Assembly (NCBI GenBank): GCA_963843375.1
Contig: CAWJKT010000006.1
Location: 1-64,000 of the forward strand
Source: an uncultured Pseudomonadota bacterium
Lineage (GTDB): Bacteria > Oederibacteriota > Muellerivitia > Muellerivitales > Muellerivitaceae
DNA: 64,000 nucleotides
Direction of reading: 5' to 3'
The notes beneath the pieces were generated by a model that worked only from the letters and a program-made list of their open reading frames with translations, was not told where the DNA came from and ran no database searches. Of this stretch, positions 49,885 through 61,624 are shown in pieces. Each line of letters opens with the position of its first letter. Positions within the stretch are counted from its first letter, which is position 1. The translations under genes and the position numbers were made by a program.

Positions 49885-50967
49885 TTACTGGATAATTTTA
49901 CGGATCAGTTGGTTGAATGTATCCGCCACATAGACATTCCCCGAGGTATCGACCGCGACTCCCTCGGGGAGAAAAAACGACGCTGCGGTTGCAGGGCCAT
50001 TGGCGGAGCCATCAGCCAATGATCCCGCCAGAGTCGTGACCACGCCCCCGCTTGTGATTTTACGGACCACGGCATTATTGGTATCCCCCACATAGACATT
50101 CCCCGAGGCATCGACCGCGACTCCAAAGGGATAATAAAACGTCGCCGCGGTCCCGGTTCCGTTGTTGTATCCTCCGCTGCCCGCTCCCGCCAGGGTCGTG
50201 ACCACCCCACCGCTTGTAATTTTCCGGATTAAGCAGTAGTACGAATCGGCCACATAGACATTTCCCGAGGTATCGACCGCGACTCCGCTGGGACTATCAA
50301 ACGACGCCGCTGTTCCAGTTCCGTTGGCGGATCCCGGACTGCCCGACCCCGCCAGGGTCGTGACAAAGCCCCCGCTTGTAATTTCACGGATCATGTTGTT
50401 GCCCGTGTCCGCCACATAGACATTCCCCGAGTTATCGACCGCGATTCCAGGGGGTTGACTAAACGACGCCGCTTTTCCTGTTCCATTAACAGCGCAACAA
50501 GGGCCTCCACCAGCCAAGGTGGTAACCACACCCCCCGGCGTAATTTTACGGATCAGGCTATTGAACGTATCCGCCACATAGACATTCCCCGAGTTATCGA
50601 CCGCGACTCCATAGGGTTCATCAAACTGCGCCGCTGTTCCCGTTCCATTAGCGTATCCGCCGTTTCCCGCCTGCCCCGCCAGGGTCGTAACCACGCCCCC
50701 GCTTGTGATTTTACGGATCACGCTGTTGAGTGTATCCGCCACATAGACATTCCCCGAGGTATCAACTGCGACTCCATAGGGATAATTGAACGACGCCGCT
50801 GTTGCCGGTCCATTGGTGAATCCAATGACCCCCACTTGACCTGCCAGAGTCGTAACCTTGACGGTGTTGGCGGCATTAGTCACGGGACCAGTGATATAGG
50901 TTTTAGAACAGGCCAGGGGGGAAAAAACCGCAGATAAAAATACAACCGCGATAAAAATTCGTTTCAT
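49885..50967 (-). CDS. NHL-repeat lipoprotein
   Basis: Lipobox-like PLAC; six FxxPxGVAVDxSGNVYVAD repeats. Confidence 0.88.
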   Translation of the reverse strand: MKRIFIAVVFLSAVFSPLACSKTYITGPVTNAANTVKVTTLAGQVGVIGFTNGPATAASFNYPYGVAVDTSGNVYVADTLNSVIRKITSGGVVTTLAGQAGNGGYANGTGTAAQFDEPYGVAVDNSGNVYVADTFNSLIRKITPGGVVTTLAGGGPCCAVNGTGKAASFSQPPGIAVDNSGNVYVADTGNNMIREITSGGFVTTLAGSGSPGSANGTGTAASFDSPSGVAVDTSGNVYVADSYYCLIRKITSGGVVTTLAGAGSGGYNNGTGTAATFYYPFGVAVDASGNVYVGDTNNAVVRKITSGGVVTTLAGSLADGSANGPATAASFFLPEGVAVDTSGNVYVADTFNQLIRKIIQ

Positions 50968-51050
50968 GCCTACCCCTCAACTCCACAATTTGAAACATAT
51001 GTAAAAGTTAACTATGAGTTTGGATTATATCGCTTTTTGAGGGTGGTTTT

Positions 51051-51076
51051 GTCCAATCCGGGTCCCCGTCGTGGAT
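51051..51076 (+). repeat. Cassette-boundary site 13
   Basis: GTCCAATCCG-GGTCCC-CGTCGTGGAT. Confidence 0.9.
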
Positions 51077-51098
51077 AAACCTCAAACCATGAAATGAA

Positions 51099-51326
51099 TT
51101 ATTCTGTCTTAGGCAAAACCAAGGGCGAAACTTGCTTTGCTCCCCGTTTGGCTATTCCGCTAACCTTTCGGACGGGCTTCGACTTCTTGGAATGGTGACC
51201 CGTTTTCATTTCTTTTTCATGGTCAAGGACCCACTGGGGTTTTGGGTTTGCCTGAGTGGATTGGGCCCAAGCTCCCGTACCCGCCAACGCCGCCAATAGA
51301 ATAACCGCCCATAAAAAATTCTTCAT
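51099..51326 (-). CDS. Small exported basic hypothetical protein
   Basis: Signal peptide MKNFLWAVILLAALAGTGAWA. Confidence 0.55.
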   Translation of the reverse strand: MKNFLWAVILLAALAGTGAWAQSTQANPKPQWVLDHEKEMKTGHHSKKSKPVRKVSGIAKRGAKQVSPLVLPKTE

Positions 51327-51381
51327 GATTTTATTTCCTTTGATGAGGGTTTTCATCCAGACATCCCGCATGCGTCCTTTA

Positions 51382-52920
51382 TTATTCAAGTGTGCAGCCT
51401 TCGGCTGTTAGTTCCGCTTTTTCAGTCGCTACATTCGAGCCTGTCAGAGGGTTGCCGATTAAAACCTCAATAGTGGCTGCGTTTGTACCGAGCCCCGTGT
51501 TGTTTACCAAGGGCTGCAAATCCGTGATCTGGTTATTATCAAGGTACAACTCATACAAATTCGGCAACCCAGACAGGGCGGTTAAGGTGCTGATCTGATT
51601 GTTGTTGAGAATCAGGCCGTTCAATTGCGTCAACCCGGCCAGGGACGTAATGTCGGTTATCGAGTTATAAGAAAGGTTCAGGGTAGGCAAATTCGTCAAA
51701 TTAGATAGGCCCGTGGCGCTAGTGATCAGGTTATGGGTGAGAGTGAGGTCGGTCAATTGCGTCATACCGGATAGAGCCGTAACGCTGCTGATTGAGTTGT
51801 TGTTGAGATACAAGGTTTGCAATTGAGTCATTCCGGATAGGGCCGTAACGCTGCTAATCTGGTTGCTATCAAGGGCCAAATAAATCAAATTCGTCATCCC
51901 GGACAGGGCCGTGACGCTGCTGATCGTGTTGCCGTCAAGGAAAAGGTAAGTCAAATTCGTCATTCCAGACAGGGCCGTTACGCTGCTAATTAAGTTACTA
52001 TCGAGGTCCAGGTTTTGCAATTGGGTCATCCCGGACAGAGCCGTGACGTCACTGATCTGATTGCTGCCAAGGTACAGGGTCGTCAAATGTGTCAGCCCGG
52101 ACAGTGCCGTTAAGTTGCTGCCAGTGAGAGAGTCTTTGGAGATATCCAGGTAGGTTAAATTCGTCAGACCGGATAGGCCCGTTGTGATGTCGCTGATCGG
52201 ATTGGAACCGAGTGGGTCGTTGCCGCTGATGTCCAGGTAGGTCAAACCAGTGAGACCGGAGATGGGAGTAAGGACAGCGATGCTGTTATTATCCAGATCC
52301 AGGTAGGTCATGCTGGTGCAATATTCCAGTCCTTCCAGGTTCACGATACCGGCAGCGCCAGCCTGCAATGAGGTAATGGTGGCCATATCGCATTCGGTGA
52401 TGGTATCCGCGGTGCTTGCAATGATCCCGTTAGTGATCAATACGCTTTGAATGGCCGCCAAAAGATTAGCATCCGGGATACTTACGGCCGCTGAAGAGCA
52501 AGGGGCGGTTGGCGTTACGGTCGGGGTGCTTGTAGCGGGGCCGGTAGTTTCGGTTTTAGTCGGAGTAGCCGTTTTTGTGAGTGTGGGGGTAAAAGTATAC
52601 GTATAGAGGGGTGTATTGGTGATAGTGAAGGTACTGGTTGGCGTATCGGTAATGGTCGGCGAATGAGTGGGGGTTGGGGATAAAGTGTTGGTAGGAGTAT
52701 TCGTATTGGTAAATGTGTTGGTAAAGGTAAAGGTAGATGTGGGGGTGCAAGTAGGTGAAGTTCCAATCCAGCAGGCCTGGGTGAAGGTGAAAGTGGGCGT
52801 ATCGAGCACATAGAGGGTGACCGGTGCGGGGCTGGCGGGATTGTTTTTGCCGGGGCAGCCGATGGTTAAAAAGGCGGCTCCAGCCAGAAGGGCAAAAATT
52901 CCCGCGATACGTAACTTCAT
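51382..52920 (-). CDS. Internalin-like leucine-rich repeat lipoprotein with Thr/Pro linker
   Basis: TIGC lipobox, IPDANL cap, tandem 22-aa LxxLTNLxYLxLDxNxISSVTAL repeats. Confidence 0.88.
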   Translation of the reverse strand: MKLRIAGIFALLAGAAFLTIGCPGKNNPASPAPVTLYVLDTPTFTFTQACWIGTSPTCTPTSTFTFTNTFTNTNTPTNTLSPTPTHSPTITDTPTSTFTITNTPLYTYTFTPTLTKTATPTKTETTGPATSTPTVTPTAPCSSAAVSIPDANLLAAIQSVLITNGIIASTADTITECDMATITSLQAGAAGIVNLEGLEYCTSMTYLDLDNNSIAVLTPISGLTGLTYLDISGNDPLGSNPISDITTGLSGLTNLTYLDISKDSLTGSNLTALSGLTHLTTLYLGSNQISDVTALSGMTQLQNLDLDSNLISSVTALSGMTNLTYLFLDGNTISSVTALSGMTNLIYLALDSNQISSVTALSGMTQLQTLYLNNNSISSVTALSGMTQLTDLTLTHNLITSATGLSNLTNLPTLNLSYNSITDITSLAGLTQLNGLILNNNQISTLTALSGLPNLYELYLDNNQITDLQPLVNNTGLGTNAATIEVLIGNPLTGSNVATEKAELTAEGCTLE

Positions 52921-52980
52921 TATGGCCTCTTCCATTCTAAAAATTTTCCGTAAAAACACCCAACCCACTCGTGACTTTAT

Positions 52981-54000
52981 TTATTGGACTATTACGTTGT
53001 CAATGTAGAGGTTGACTGTGCTCCAGGAGGTGGAAGTGTTTCCGGCATAAAGTTGAATCCCGAATTGCCATATATTTGAAGGATCCACGCCTCCCTGGTT
53101 TGCGGGAATTGAAACCTGGGTCCAAGCGCCAATGGTCAAGGCAGAAAAGGCCAAACCCTGCCAGTTAAAACTGGGGCCGCCCTCTTGGACAAAAAGCTGT
53201 CCGTTGCCTTCGTTGCTGGGGTTCGCATCCACATAATAATACAGGCTGATGGTCTCACCCGTTAAATTGGTGTTTTCGTCTAGATCCGAGGGATCGCCAA
53301 AATCATACTGGATATTCGCCGCTTGGCCCGCCGCCCCGAAAGGGATTTGGATCCACGCGGAATTGGAGCCCGAATAAGCTTCGGCGGTTGAAATCGAAAG
53401 GGCGGGTACTGCCAAGGGGACCGTACTTCCGTTACCGGAAGCCCAGCCGGCGGGCACCGAACTACTGCCGTCGAAATTCCACGACAAAGTAGATGCGTAA
53501 ACAGTAGAAGTGGCGGTAGGAGTCGCTGTAGCGGTCATCGTAGGCGGCGGGGTGATGGTTGAGGTGTTAGTGGGCGTTTCCGTCGCAGTGGGAGTAATCG
53601 TGGACGTTGAAGTCAAAGCACCTGTAATTGTGGCGGTTGGAGTTCCGGTATTAGTGGAAGTCGCTGAATGGGTCGGCGTGTTTGTCGCTGTAGGAGTGGC
53701 TGTGTTGGTTGTTGATGTTAAGGTCCTAGTGGGAGTCGAAGTAGCGGTACTCGTCTGGACGACCGTGAGGGTTAAAGTTTGTGAAACCGCCGCGGTCGCG
53801 GTTTGAACCGCCGTTTGAGTAGCCTGCACAATCCAAGTGGCGGTCGGGGGGGCTGGAGTAGCGGTGACACCAATAATGACCGTTACAGGCGCGGGACTCG
53901 CGGGATTGGAACTTCCACAAGAGGTAATAAAAGACGCGGCGGCGGCAATGAGAATTGAAAATAAACCTAAAGTAAAGATTCCGACCGAACGAAATTTCAT
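52981..54000 (-). CDS. Lipoprotein with Thr-rich linker and C-terminal carbohydrate-binding-like domain
   Basis: ITSC lipobox; WNFDG..AYSGSNS..WTQVSI..LYIDNV. Confidence 0.7.
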   Translation of the reverse strand: MKFRSVGIFTLGLFSILIAAAASFITSCGSSNPASPAPVTVIIGVTATPAPPTATWIVQATQTAVQTATAAVSQTLTLTVVQTSTATSTPTRTLTSTTNTATPTATNTPTHSATSTNTGTPTATITGALTSTSTITPTATETPTNTSTITPPPTMTATATPTATSTVYASTLSWNFDGSSSVPAGWASGNGSTVPLAVPALSISTAEAYSGSNSAWIQIPFGAAGQAANIQYDFGDPSDLDENTNLTGETISLYYYVDANPSNEGNGQLFVQEGGPSFNWQGLAFSALTIGAWTQVSIPANQGGVDPSNIWQFGIQLYAGNTSTSWSTVNLYIDNVIVQ

Positions 54001-54281
54001 TGTAATAACCACAATTCGAAATAGAGCGGTGAAGGGCGTGGGAAAGTGTTTAACTTTGAGGATTATGAATGAGAAGAAGAGAGGTTTGCCAGAAAATAAA
54101 CGATAGAAAAAGGTGCTTTTTGTTGGGTAATTGGGTGACTAGACCTATTGAGTCGCAGAAAATGGCTCCAGGCCATCGGCCTGGAATTGCAAACAACTGG
54201 GTCACCCTTATCTAAAAGTTTAAACAGCCTGAGGCAAAGCCGAGCATCTGTTTTCATGCCGCATCCTTCATATTTTTGTTT

Positions 54282-54307
54282 GTCCACCCTGGGTCCCCGC
54301 CGTGGAC
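54282..54307 (+). repeat. Cassette-boundary site 14
   Basis: GTCCACCCTG-GGTCCC-CGCCGTGGAC. Confidence 0.85.
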
Positions 54308-54315
54308 AACCAAAT

Positions 54316-54690
54316 CTAATCAAAATTCTCGTTCTTATGCAAAACGCTTTTTAATTTTTTATCTAAAGTCCAAACCTTTGCGTTTGAATCCCGCGCGGAA
54401 ATAATCAAGACCGCATCGATCAAGCCGATCCCGCGATCACTCCATTTGTTTCGAGAGGACAATTCACCCGCCTTCACCCAGGCATCCTGTATTTGATTTT
54501 TAGGCAGATTTTCCCAAAATCCCAAAAGGATCCGTCTTTCACGATCATCCTTGGCGCCTTGGAGTAATTCGCCGAAAACAGGTTCGACCGCGAGGACTTG
54601 GCGTTCCTCCAACATTTTTTTCATTTGATCAAGAAAGGGTTGATGGCCCTTAAGAAACTCCACCCAAATGGAGGTATCTACAAGGATCAT
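54316..54690 (-). CDS. vapC: VapC family PIN toxin
   Basis: MILVDTSIWVEFL, GELLQG, GLIDA, WTLDKKL. Confidence 0.9.
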   Translation of the reverse strand: MILVDTSIWVEFLKGHQPFLDQMKKMLEERQVLAVEPVFGELLQGAKDDRERRILLGFWENLPKNQIQDAWVKAGELSSRNKWSDRGIGLIDAVLIISARDSNAKVWTLDKKLKSVLHKNENFD

Positions 54691-54902
54691 GATTTTCTGT
54701 TAGTGGCTCGAATGCGGGGGGAGGAATAGGTTTTAGAGAACCTCAGAGGATGCGCAAGAACCAATTGATTCAAATCTCTGATTTTTTGCTGTTGGTTCCA
54801 TTCCGATAATGCCTTGACGAGCGATTCCGTAAGGTTTTTGCCTTTGGCAAAACCCTGGACTTCCTGGACAAGTTTATCGGGCAAGAGCGCGGTAACTTTC
54901 AT
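54687..54902 (-). CDS. VapB-like antitoxin
   Basis: MKVTALLPDKLVQEV ribbon-helix-helix-like start; ATGA overlap with vapC. Confidence 0.8.
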   Translation of the reverse strand: MKVTALLPDKLVQEVQGFAKGKNLTESLVKALSEWNQQQKIRDLNQLVLAHPLRFSKTYSSPRIRATNRKS

Positions 54903-54908
54903 GGCCTC

Positions 54909-54933
54909 ATTATACGATAGGCCATCGTATAAT
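54909..54933 (-). promoter_or_regulatory. TA operator inverted repeat containing TATAAT
   Basis: ATTATACGAT-AGGCC-ATCGTATAAT, perfect 10-bp inverted repeat. Confidence 0.7.
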
Positions 54934-54951
54934 TCCAACCCATATTTAGGT

Positions 54952-54977
54952 GTCCACGAAGGGTCCCCATCCTGGAC
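54952..54977 (+). repeat. Cassette-boundary site 15
   Basis: GTCCACGAAG-GGTCCC-CATCCTGGAC. Confidence 0.85.
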
Positions 54978-55005
54978 AACCAAATTGGCCCGGATATGTC
55001 CCTTC

Positions 55006-55434
55006 TTACTTTTTCCGAGGGACAAACCAGGCATTATCTTTAAGCGCCATCCCCAATTGCGGGCCCACTCGTTCGTAATAAGAAACTGCGTCCGGCGCGG
55101 AAATCAACAGAAGCATGGATTCTTCACCTGCGGCTTTTTGGGTCAGCTGGATCAATTCGGTGCCAATTCCTTTTCGTTGATAAGCCTGATCCACCGCCAG
55201 GTCCGATAGATAACAAGCATAACTGAAATCGGTGAGTGACCTGGCGATCCCCACCAATTTTTGGCCGTCCCAGGCCCCGAATATCAAATTCGAGTTCTCG
55301 ATCATTTTGTGGATGCGGTTCAAATCCGAGAAAGGCCTATTGATCCCGGACCGGCGGTAAAGGTCCGCGACCAAATCGGCCCTAATTTTTTCATCCCGGC
55401 GATAAGAAATTTTATCCAATTTGTCGCTCATCAT
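55006..55434 (-). CDS. GNAT family acetyltransferase
   Basis: LVGIARSLTD, YLSDLAVDQAYQRKGIGTEL. Confidence 0.9.
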   Translation of the reverse strand: MMSDKLDKISYRRDEKIRADLVADLYRRSGINRPFSDLNRIHKMIENSNLIFGAWDGQKLVGIARSLTDFSYACYLSDLAVDQAYQRKGIGTELIQLTQKAAGEESMLLLISAPDAVSYYERVGPQLGMALKDNAWFVPRKK

Positions 55435-55467
55435 CGTTCCTTTTCGGCGGGAATCGGGTATTGCACT

Positions 55468-55493
55468 GTCCACGATGGGTCCCCATCGTGGGC
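55468..55493 (+). repeat. Cassette-boundary site 16
   Basis: GTCCACGATG-GGTCCC-CATCGTGGGC. Confidence 0.88.
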
Positions 55494-55535
55494 AAGTTTC
55501 GAAACCAGAATTTGAAATCGCTCCTTCTTAAGTTG

Positions 55536-56228
55536 TCAATTTTCTTGAACAACTTCCATCGTCCGGAAATTATAAGCAGAGTTTCGATAGACACCCACGG
55601 CGTCGCGGTCCTCCGTGCAAGTTGCGGGACGGCAACGGAAATTAGCCGTCCAGCGAGGGGACTTTGAGCGGTTCATACCCACCCTATGCCAGGTGAAACT
55701 GTGGAGGAGAACTAGGGTTCCAGCCTTAGGGTGCAGGGCCAGTTCCCCCGGAAGGGGTTCATGGTTGGGGCCCGGCGGTATCCTGCCGCGTTTATGGGAA
55801 CCGGGGACGAAAATGATTCCACCAGCTTCCGGCAATACGTCTCGGGGATAGACCACCCGGTTCAGGACGAACTTAGTGGGGTCATTGCAAGGCGTATCCT
55901 GGTGCCAAGCCTGCCCGGTTGAGGGCCGGGTCTGCATCACCAAACAGTACTGATAAATGAAATTCGGCCCCAAGAGGGCGGTTGTCAATTCTTCCAGCCG
56001 GGGGTGCCGGGCCAAGGCATCGAAAGCATCGCCTTTACCCGCCCAAGGATCCGTGAAGGTTTCATATTGGAAAAAATTCTCAGGCTTTATCCCCGGAGGC
56101 GCGGAGGCGTAGTGTTGCTGAATTTTGGCGTCCACCTCGCCCAGTTCCCCGGGGGTGAAGAAACTTTCCAAAACCAGGGCACCGTCGTTCCAAAAACGCG
56201 GAATTAGTTCTTTAATCAAATCCATCAA
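55536..56228 (-). CDS. Phytanoyl-CoA dioxygenase (PhyH) family protein
   Basis: WHQD, VPGSH, AGTLVL..WHRVGMN..R. Confidence 0.88.
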   Translation of the reverse strand: MMDLIKELIPRFWNDGALVLESFFTPGELGEVDAKIQQHYASAPPGIKPENFFQYETFTDPWAGKGDAFDALARHPRLEELTTALLGPNFIYQYCLVMQTRPSTGQAWHQDTPCNDPTKFVLNRVVYPRDVLPEAGGIIFVPGSHKRGRIPPGPNHEPLPGELALHPKAGTLVLLHSFTWHRVGMNRSKSPRWTANFRCRPATCTEDRDAVGVYRNSAYNFRTMEVVQEN

Positions 56229-56289
56229 AGCTCACCTTCATCGGAAATATTGGTTCTTTTCAGAATTCGCCTATTAATACATTTTCCCA

Positions 56290-56315
56290 GTCCACGAAGG
56301 GTCCCCGTCGTGGAC
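56290..56315 (+). repeat. Cassette-boundary site 17
   Basis: GTCCACGAAG-GGTCCC-CGTCGTGGAC. Confidence 0.9.
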
Positions 56316-56384
56316 AACCATTAAACGCTTTAGCCCACATCACCATCGTTTTCGAAGGATTAAATTCTGGTGCCCAATAGGCCT

Positions 56385-56759
56385 TCAGTTATTTTTTAAT
56401 AATCCAATATAAATTAATCCAATTATTGCCAAAAGCACTGAACCACTAAGTCCTGCTCCATGGATGCCCCACACATCTTCTTTGGGTGTAACCACAAATA
56501 CATACAAAGCAATAAAAACATAAAATAACAAACCATGAGCAATTATTTTTTTATTCAAATTTCTAAAAGACCACATAATTAATGGACTTAATAAAATAAA
56601 TACTGCGGTACTAACTATTAATGCTACAGGTAAAACACCTGGTAAGCGAAGAGCAGGTTCTAAAGACTTATGCAGCAAAGGACCGCTGAAAGCGAAAATG
56701 AATCCCAAAAAAACAGCGCCGAACCAAGTTGCTGCTATTAAAAAAATTTTATTTAACAT
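56385..56759 (-). CDS. AT-rich four-TM hypothetical membrane protein
   Basis: 124 aa, four hydrophobic segments, GGGAG RBS. Confidence 0.7.
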   Translation of the reverse strand: MLNKIFLIAATWFGAVFLGFIFAFSGPLLHKSLEPALRLPGVLPVALIVSTAVFILLSPLIMWSFRNLNKKIIAHGLLFYVFIALYVFVVTPKEDVWGIHGAGLSGSVLLAIIGLIYIGLLKNN

Positions 56760-56785
56760 TTTCTCCCAACCCGAGCAGTTTTCTT

Positions 56786-56811
56786 GTCCACGACGGGTCC
56801 CCGTCGTGGAC
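56786..56811 (+). repeat. Cassette-boundary site 18 (perfect consensus)
   Basis: GTCCACGACG-GGTCCC-CGTCGTGGAC. Confidence 0.92.
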
Positions 56812-56818
56812 AGGGTAA

Positions 56819-57736
<918 letters not shown>

Positions 57737-57774
57737 TTACACTTGGTCCGATGTGTAACAGTGAGAGAACCCCT

Positions 57775-58707
57775 TTAAGCTTCACCAACCCCCGCCATCT
57801 GCTCGCGCAACTTAGCCACATCCTTGGTGGGGGCCCCGCCAAAGAACCGGCCGTATTCCCGGCTGAACTGGGAGGCGCTGATATAGCCCACCTGACGGCT
57901 GGCCAACCCCGCGTCCATCATAGAGGAAATCATTAAGCGCCGTGCCTCCTGCAGCCGCAGAACCTTCTGGAATTGGAGTGGGCTCATGGAGGTCACTGAC
58001 CTGAAATGCGTATGGAAAGTGGAGGAGCTCATATTGGCAAGCTTGGCCAGCGCTTCCATTTTGACGGGCTGGGAAAAATTTGCGCGGAGCCAATCCACCG
58101 CTTTGGCTACGCCCTGCATACCGGAATCGGCAAGGCCGATCTGGGCCACCCGTGGACCCATGGGGCTCCTGAGCAGGCGGATCCAAATCTCCTCCTGAAT
58201 GAGTGGGCCGAGCAGTTGGGCCTCTTCAGGGTGGGGAATCAATTCCAGCAAACGGATAGCGGCGTTGATGATCTTGGAGTCGGACCGGCCCAGGTAAATG
58301 GCGCGGTTCTCACGGGCCGGGGGCAAACCGTGGGGATAGACCTTCAAGGTCAGCTCGGCGATCTTTTGGGGGTTGAGGTCCAGCCTCAGGCCCAGGAAAG
58401 GTTCTACGTGGCTGGCCCGCAAGACCTGGAAAGCCACGGGCATTTCCAAAGAATAAACGATCATCTTCGAGGCGTCGTACTCAAAGACCTCCCGGCCCAA
58501 AAGGACACTTTTGGCGCCTTGGGCAATGACGCAAAGACCCGCTAGCGCGATACCCTGGGCCGGCTCGGAGGTTTTTTTTGAGCGGCGGATGGCATGGACC
58601 CCAGGGATCTTGGTCTCGAAACTGCCGTCGTAAGGGGCGTAAGTCTTGATCAATTCGCCTAACCGGGGGACTTCCCCGGCGGACTTTCCGTAATTGAATG
58701 CCTTCAT
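57775..58707 (-). CDS. AraC family regulator (YqhC-like)
   Basis: LCVIAQGAK N-terminal domain; MSPLQFQKVLRLQEAR, SQFSREYGRFFG. Confidence 0.92.
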   Translation of the reverse strand: MKAFNYGKSAGEVPRLGELIKTYAPYDGSFETKIPGVHAIRRSKKTSEPAQGIALAGLCVIAQGAKSVLLGREVFEYDASKMIVYSLEMPVAFQVLRASHVEPFLGLRLDLNPQKIAELTLKVYPHGLPPARENRAIYLGRSDSKIINAAIRLLELIPHPEEAQLLGPLIQEEIWIRLLRSPMGPRVAQIGLADSGMQGVAKAVDWLRANFSQPVKMEALAKLANMSSSTFHTHFRSVTSMSPLQFQKVLRLQEARRLMISSMMDAGLASRQVGYISASQFSREYGRFFGGAPTKDVAKLREQMAGVGEA

Positions 58708-58751
58708 GAAAAACCCTCCTTGCCTAAACCGTTACTTATTGTAACGGGTGG

Positions 58752-59069
58752 TTATTTGGAAAACACTTCCTTAGCGATCGTCATGCCGGTCATGGCGCAG
58801 GGCCAGCCGCCGTAGAAGGCCAGATGAGTGATGGCTTCCTTCAGTTCCTCTTTCGTCACCCCATTGTCCAAGGCCCGGCTAAGATGGTGCCGCAATTGGT
58901 CCGGGCGGTTCAGGGCGACCAGTGCCGCCACAGTGATCAAACTGCGGTCCCGTTTCGATAATTCCTTGCGCTCCCAGACATCGTCAAACAACACCTTGTC
59001 GGTCAGTTCGACCAGCTTGGGGGCAAAATCCCCCAACATCTTTTGCGCACCTGTTGGTTCTTTACTCAT
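58752..59069 (-). CDS. Carboxymuconolactone decarboxylase family protein
   Basis: LFDDVWER..RDRSLITVAAL..HLAFYGGWP. Confidence 0.9.
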   Translation of the reverse strand: MSKEPTGAQKMLGDFAPKLVELTDKVLFDDVWERKELSKRDRSLITVAALVALNRPDQLRHHLSRALDNGVTKEELKEAITHLAFYGGWPCAMTGMTIAKEVFSK

Positions 59070-59089
59070 TTATTTTTCCCCCTTATTTC

Positions 59090-59728
59090 TTAAAACCACT
59101 CAAACCGGTAAGCCATTTCCGATCCTTTTTCCCCACCATAGGCAATCTCGGCCACGATCATGGTAAAAGGTTCGGTGTAGCGGGCCGCTTTCAGGCTGCC
59201 GATATCGTAGGGCTCAAACCCAACGTCGCTGATCAACTTGGCGGCTGTCTTCTTGGCCCCTGAGTCGTCCCCGCAATAGACCAAGCTTGGCCGGGGGCTT
59301 TTGGCCTTAGCCTTAAAGACCCCAAAGAGCACTTCACTAGGAACGGTGTTGAAGGCGCTTACCACCTTGGCTTTGGTAACTTTCTTGGCCAATTCCTCGG
59401 CGCCCGACGTGGTTAGACCTAGGATGAGTTTGGTATTTTGAGCGTCCATTGGGAGGGAGCAGGTCAGGATCACCTTGCCCGATAGGTCCTCGGCTTGTTT
59501 AAGGACCTCGTCCACCCGGGACCAATGCACGGCCAGGAGAAGGACTTCAGCCCCTTGTGCCGCCTCGGCCACCGTACCGGCCTTGGCCTTGCCGCCCGCT
59601 TCCTTGACCAGCCTTTCTAATTTCCCCTTGGTCTTGGCGTAACTAAACACCACCTCGTGTCCGGCCCGTGCCCAGAGAGTACCCAACTTGCCGCCCATCA
59701 AACCCGAACCCAAGATGCCGATTTTCAT
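59090..59728 (-). CDS. NADPH-dependent F420 reductase / pyrroline-5-carboxylate reductase-like Rossmann protein
   Basis: MKIGILGSGLMG, SGAEELA, VVSAFNT, CGDD. Confidence 0.85.
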   Translation of the reverse strand: MKIGILGSGLMGGKLGTLWARAGHEVVFSYAKTKGKLERLVKEAGGKAKAGTVAEAAQGAEVLLLAVHWSRVDEVLKQAEDLSGKVILTCSLPMDAQNTKLILGLTTSGAEELAKKVTKAKVVSAFNTVPSEVLFGVFKAKAKSPRPSLVYCGDDSGAKKTAAKLISDVGFEPYDIGSLKAARYTEPFTMIVAEIAYGGEKGSEMAYRFEWF

Positions 59729-59742
59729 AAAAGCCTCCCTTG

Positions 59743-60579
59743 TTAAGTGTGCGCCATGGATGACGAAAGTTCTAAATAAGCTTCGTTCTGCGCCTGAAGA
59801 TCGGCGATTTTCTGCTTCACGGCGCCAACCGCATCGGCGCCCGCGACAAAGCGGCGGGGCGGTTTCTCCTCGTTCGCGATCTTGATCAACGCATCCGCTA
59901 GTTTGGCCGGGTCGTTCGTCTGTTTTCCACCCTGAGATCTCCACCAGATCATCTGTTGTTCACGACGTTCTTTATAATCTTCGATAACGTGCGAAGCATA
60001 GGCCGTCGACTTTTCCGAAAGCAGATCTGTACGGAAGAACCCCGGATTGACCACTGTGGTGTTGATGCCAAAAGGACCGACCTCCGCTTGAATGGACTCC
60101 ATCCAGCCTTCCAGGCCGAATTTTGAGGCGGCATAGGCCGAACAGAACTCAAAACCGATGAGCCCCGCCAGTGAAGTGATGGTGATGATGTGGCCCGATC
60201 GTTGTTTGCGCATTACCGGCAAAATCGCCCGGGTAACGTTCATCGGGCCTATCAGGTTCGTGGCAATCTGTTTCTCGACTTCTTCTGGGGAAAGTTCTTC
60301 AAAGAAGCCCGCGAAGAAATTTCCAGCGTTGTTGACCAGTACGTCAATTTTGCCGAATCGCTCGACAGCGGCTTTTGTGGCCGCCTCCGCGTCGGCAAGC
60401 CGGGTGATATCCAACTTTACTACCAGCAGGTTTTCCGACTTGCCGACCGCTTTTACCACCCCGGCTGTGTCCCGACCAGTAGCAACCACTTCATTGCCGG
60501 CGGCCAGGGCAGCCTTCGCGATATCGATTCCCATCCCACGGCCGGCACCAGTAATGAACCAAACTTTATTGCTTTTCAT
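59743..60579 (-). CDS. Short-chain dehydrogenase/reductase
   Basis: WFITGAGRGMG, NNAG, YAASK. Confidence 0.92.
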   Translation of the reverse strand: MKSNKVWFITGAGRGMGIDIAKAALAAGNEVVATGRDTAGVVKAVGKSENLLVVKLDITRLADAEAATKAAVERFGKIDVLVNNAGNFFAGFFEELSPEEVEKQIATNLIGPMNVTRAILPVMRKQRSGHIITITSLAGLIGFEFCSAYAASKFGLEGWMESIQAEVGPFGINTTVVNPGFFRTDLLSEKSTAYASHVIEDYKERREQQMIWWRSQGGKQTNDPAKLADALIKIANEEKPPRRFVAGADAVGAVKQKIADLQAQNEAYLELSSSMAHT

Positions 60580-60601
60580 GAGTATCTCCTTTTTTATTCG
60601 A

Positions 60602-61624
<1,023 letters not shown>

